Assembly (NCBI GenBank): GCA_910592345.1
Contig: CAJVPI010000265.1
Coordinates: forward strand, 1-38,054
Source of the DNA: Paraglomus brasilianum
Taxonomy: Eukaryota
DNA length: 38,054 nt
Direction: 5' to 3'
The notes beneath the pieces are model-generated. The model saw nothing but the letters and a program-made list of their open reading frames with translations. It was not told the origin of the DNA and did no database searches. The position numbers and the translations under genes are program-made. This document shows, one piece after another, positions 34,586 to 38,054 of the stretch (position 1 is the first letter of the stretch; every line of letters begins with the position of its first letter).

Positions 34586-36985
34586 TCAATTGCGCCATCT
34601 GTATGAAATTAAAATATATGACCGTCAATTACAACTCTTTTTTAATAACCGGTTTATAACAAAACGCTGCTACTTACAACTTTAATTGCCTATCTTTCCC
34701 ACCACTTGCAACCTTATCGCCGCTTGGACTCCAATCGACACTAAACACCTACAAATGTATTTAAAATACTTAGTACTGCACGAGAAATCTAACGGAACTT
34801 TCAGTCGACAAATACCTCATCCAAATGTCCAGGTAATTCAAACTTCATCTTCCTTGTTCTTACATCCCAGATTTTCAATGTGCTATCTTTGCTGGCACTT
34901 ATGAGCATTCTACTGTCTGACGACCAACAAACTTGATACACAGGACCAACATGACCCCGCAACGAAGTTATAAATCTACGACACCCACCCAAATCCATGA
35001 CAGTGTCAGAACAAGCCTTGTCTCAAAACAGTGTAACATGAAAACTTACTTTCCAGAATACCCATCCCATAACTTGACAGAATTATCGAAACCTGCACTG
35101 GCAATTAGTCGTCCATCCGGCGAAAAACTGACATGATTAACAAGTTTTTGATGTCCTGTTAGCCGTGCAACAGGTTTTTTACTGGTCGATGGCTCCCAAA
35201 AGAACATGGTAAAATCATCAGAGCCAGATACTAGTCGTTCGGGCTTTGTGCCCTTGGCTTCTTGGTATCGTTTCAAAGCCCATTCCTGAGCTAGTCACAA
35301 TTATAAGAGTTTGGAACGTGCAAAACGATAAAGCAAATAAGTAAAACTGTGTTGACAAATAGTTCAAAACTAAAGCAATTTTCAATCGCTACCTTCTTGT
35401 TCATTCTTGGGTACTCTATTAGTATGGTCATAGGCGCCTGTTCTTAATACGAAATCTGTACTGAGTGCCATAGTGTTTACCCAATGTCCGTGTCCCTCCA
35501 ACGTCCTCACAAGTTTCCCCTAATCAGACTGTCGTTGTTATCAAACATGCCGGTAATAACGCTAAAACACCTCCAATTATTTTACACATACCTCTTTAGT
35601 ATCCCAAACTTTGATGGTCTTATCCTGACTTGACGAATACAATAACCCATCTCCACCCCATTTAATACACGTCACTGCGGCTGTATGCTGTGACATTGAT
35701 AGTATTGTTCTTCTCAACTTGGTATTCCAGATACGAATCGTGCCGTCTTTTGAGGATGACGCTAAACGAGTACAACTAGGATTCCTGAGATAATTTTTTA
35801 AATAGTTAAATTTACACAGATTCATGCATTTCACAATAAATCAATAATAATGACGCGGCAATAGAAATAAAATAGTTACAAGTGAATTGGTTCCCACACA
35901 AGACAAGTAATCCATTTGGTATGCCCAAGCAGTGAATCTCCTAGTGCTGCCCCTGTAGATGGATCCCAAAGACGAACCTAAACAAAAATGCTTATAGTTC
36001 ATGTTTGAGCTTTTTAGAGGCATTCATGGTAATTTCTGTAGTACTAACAGTCTTATCCATACTACCAGATGCGAGAACTTTGCCATCTGGTGACCATGCA
36101 ATGCATAAAACCCAATTCTTATGACCAGATAATGTAAATTGCGGCGTTTCAGTGTTTAGATCCCATATTCGTACAGTTGTATCTCCTGAACAAAAGTGGC
36201 AATATTTTTGCAATTAGTTTTTTATATACGTATCAATGTAAATACTCCTTGCACTTCCCTTACCTCTGTGTGACAGAAATAAGAAAATCGTTCAAGAAAT
36301 GCAAGGACGTATGTAGAGTTACGTTGCGATCTAGTGATACTATATACGTTGTTTGAGTATGAAATATACCTGAACCAGTTGCAAGTTGTGTGCCATCGGG
36401 GCTAAATGAAACAGATAGAATTGCCTCTGTGTGTCCTATTTCGTATCATAAAGGTGTATGTAATAAGCACCTTCTGAATAGAAAAAAAAAAATTTTTTTC
36501 CTGTTGTGCGCAAAACGGAGTGTTTGATATTGTCGAATAACTACCAGCTAGCGTTGATGTGCATCTTGTGACAGCCCTCACTTTAAATATCGCTTGCGGT
36601 CTATAGACTATTGTCAGTACATCTTCCGTAGATTTGTTTAATCCGACAATAATGTCCTTGTGGAGGGATGTGATGATTTCCGTCTCATCCACTGAGAACG
36701 CATATGGCAAAGATTCTTCCTAAATTCAATTCAGAATTAATATATATTTTCAAGTATAAAAATTTGCCATATATTAAGATCCCTCACATTATTTAAAAGC
36801 TGATTCACTAGCAATTGGAGTTGTTCTGGAGTGACATTAGCAGGTAAACTCAATGGTGGTCCACATGGTTCATCATCCACTGATTTCAGTTGGGCTATAA
36901 TGTTTCCGAGGTTCTCGGATCCGTCTGAAACATTACTGTCGGGGTTGGTCTTTTTTTTGCGCTTTGGCGGTCCTCTCGTTGCCAT
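34586..36985 (-). CDS. RSA4: Ribosome assembly protein Rsa4/Notchless (NLE domain + WD40), multi-exon
   Basis: NLE domain ([30 protein letters not shown]); WD repeats ([47 protein letters not shown]); last exon WRN*. Confidence 0.96.
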
Positions 36986-37472
36986 TGTGAGTCCAGTCTA
37001 AACTTTGACACGCAGAAAAATTACTGCTTGTGACATCGCGATCACATTTTGTAGAGCGATCAGCATAGACACGTGATGTATTATTTAAGAAGAGGAAACT
37101 ATTATTTGTACGATGTCTACATCAAGAACTTAATCGCCTTCTGTAATTACAGAAAAAGAATTTGGTGATTTGACTAGCTTATACTTTAAACAATCCTGAT
37201 AAATATTTGATTTGGAAGATTCCCCTCAAATATGGCAACGATAACGTTAAGGTTATATGCCTGAGAAATATACCAGCCGGTATGTCTTTAAACAGTCGAA
37301 AAATAAATTAATGTGCTGGACTTCCTTCTTTTTTCGTCTCTCTGTCATATTTGCTAACAATATCAATACTTTAATCTTATGCCTTTTCTTTCCCGCTTCT
37401 TATCACAAACCCGCTCTCGCCATCGTAGATCAACCCGCTGCTGGTGAGTCGTAATAAATTTTAGTCAATACT

Positions 37473-37925
37473 AATTTCATCTTCATCGAGAACATAATTA
37501 ATTTGTTCGCGCACTGCTTCATCTTGAATACCAAATAAATGTACTTTACGCGGACTGAGGTAATAAATTTTACTTACTTGTTGACCGGAATGGGGTACGT
37601 GAACATTTTGTGCTCAATCGTAACTGTAATGAGCAGTCGCGTTAACACTACAAATAATCAGCTTTACCTCTTGTTATAAAATGCTCATCTACCAATTTTC
37701 TCTGTTTTTCTGCTAGCTTAGTATTTTTATTGTAATAATTTCTCTCTAATTTAGCCTTAACTAAATGTTCTTTGTACTTTTTAGTAAGTCTCTCGCTTCT
37801 TCTTCCTTGCGAGCATTATACTGTATTGTGAAAATGTTGGCATGTGTCACATAAATCCGTTCTTGGACTCATGATTTGAAACGCATCGTATTTTAACAAA
37901 TTCAACGTGTTATCATTTTCAAGAC
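37473..37925 (-). pseudogene. Sola-like DNA transposase fragment
   Basis: SPRTDLCDTCQ, YKEHLVKAKLER, HYSYD*AQNVHVP...QQVSKIYYLSPRKVHLFGI...QINYVLDEDE, with stops and frameshifts. Confidence 0.7.
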
Positions 37926-37977
37926 CTGCAATAAAATTACAATAGACCGATTTGTAACTCGTTTCAGTAAAGTGTAA

Positions 37978-38054
37978 GCGATTGAGTAATGCGATTGAGT
38001 AATGCGATTGAGTAATGCGATTGAGTAATGCGATTGAGTAATGCGATTGAGTAA
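37978..38054. repeat. (GCGATTGAGTAAT)n 13-bp minisatellite running to the window end
   Basis: About 6 perfect units. Confidence 0.95.

Noticed and set aside
37978..38054. Telomeric repeat
   Set aside because: No G-run or TTAGGG-like core, and it lies beside a transposase relic.

Overview
AT-rich eukaryotic DNA from an early-diverging fungus, most likely Glomeromycotina/Mucoromycota (inferred from short GT-AG introns, gene families and transposon types). Intact spliced host genes: a SAM-dependent methyltransferase-like gene (-); a very compact four-gene block NUS1(+), ALDH7(-), FIST-domain(+), CTU2/NCS2(-) with only 26, 132 and 54 bp between coding ends; and RSA4/NLE1 (-). There is also an intronless orphan with a signal peptide and about 7 TM segments (+). 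The rest is transposon debris: an intron-containing Ginger2/KRBA2-like integrase split by two nested pogo-type insertions, several TA-flanked MITEs, three Tc1 relics, a Sola-like fragment, effector-like pseudogenes and simple repeats. The most unusual part is 1-2238. It holds two divergent intronless zinc-finger ORFs, one much longer than the ORF track shows because of a 1-nt homopolymer frameshift. They are followed by a ~1 kb modular array of iterated AGAAAGCTAA boxes and GC-GNA-GC mini-hairpin cassettes that occur in flip and flop orientations. The block ends in a 5'-AGT terminus abutting a truncated Tc1 gene, and I interpret it as one end of a Polinton/Maverick-like or other virus-like element. 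All family assignments rest on motif recognition by eye; no searches were run.
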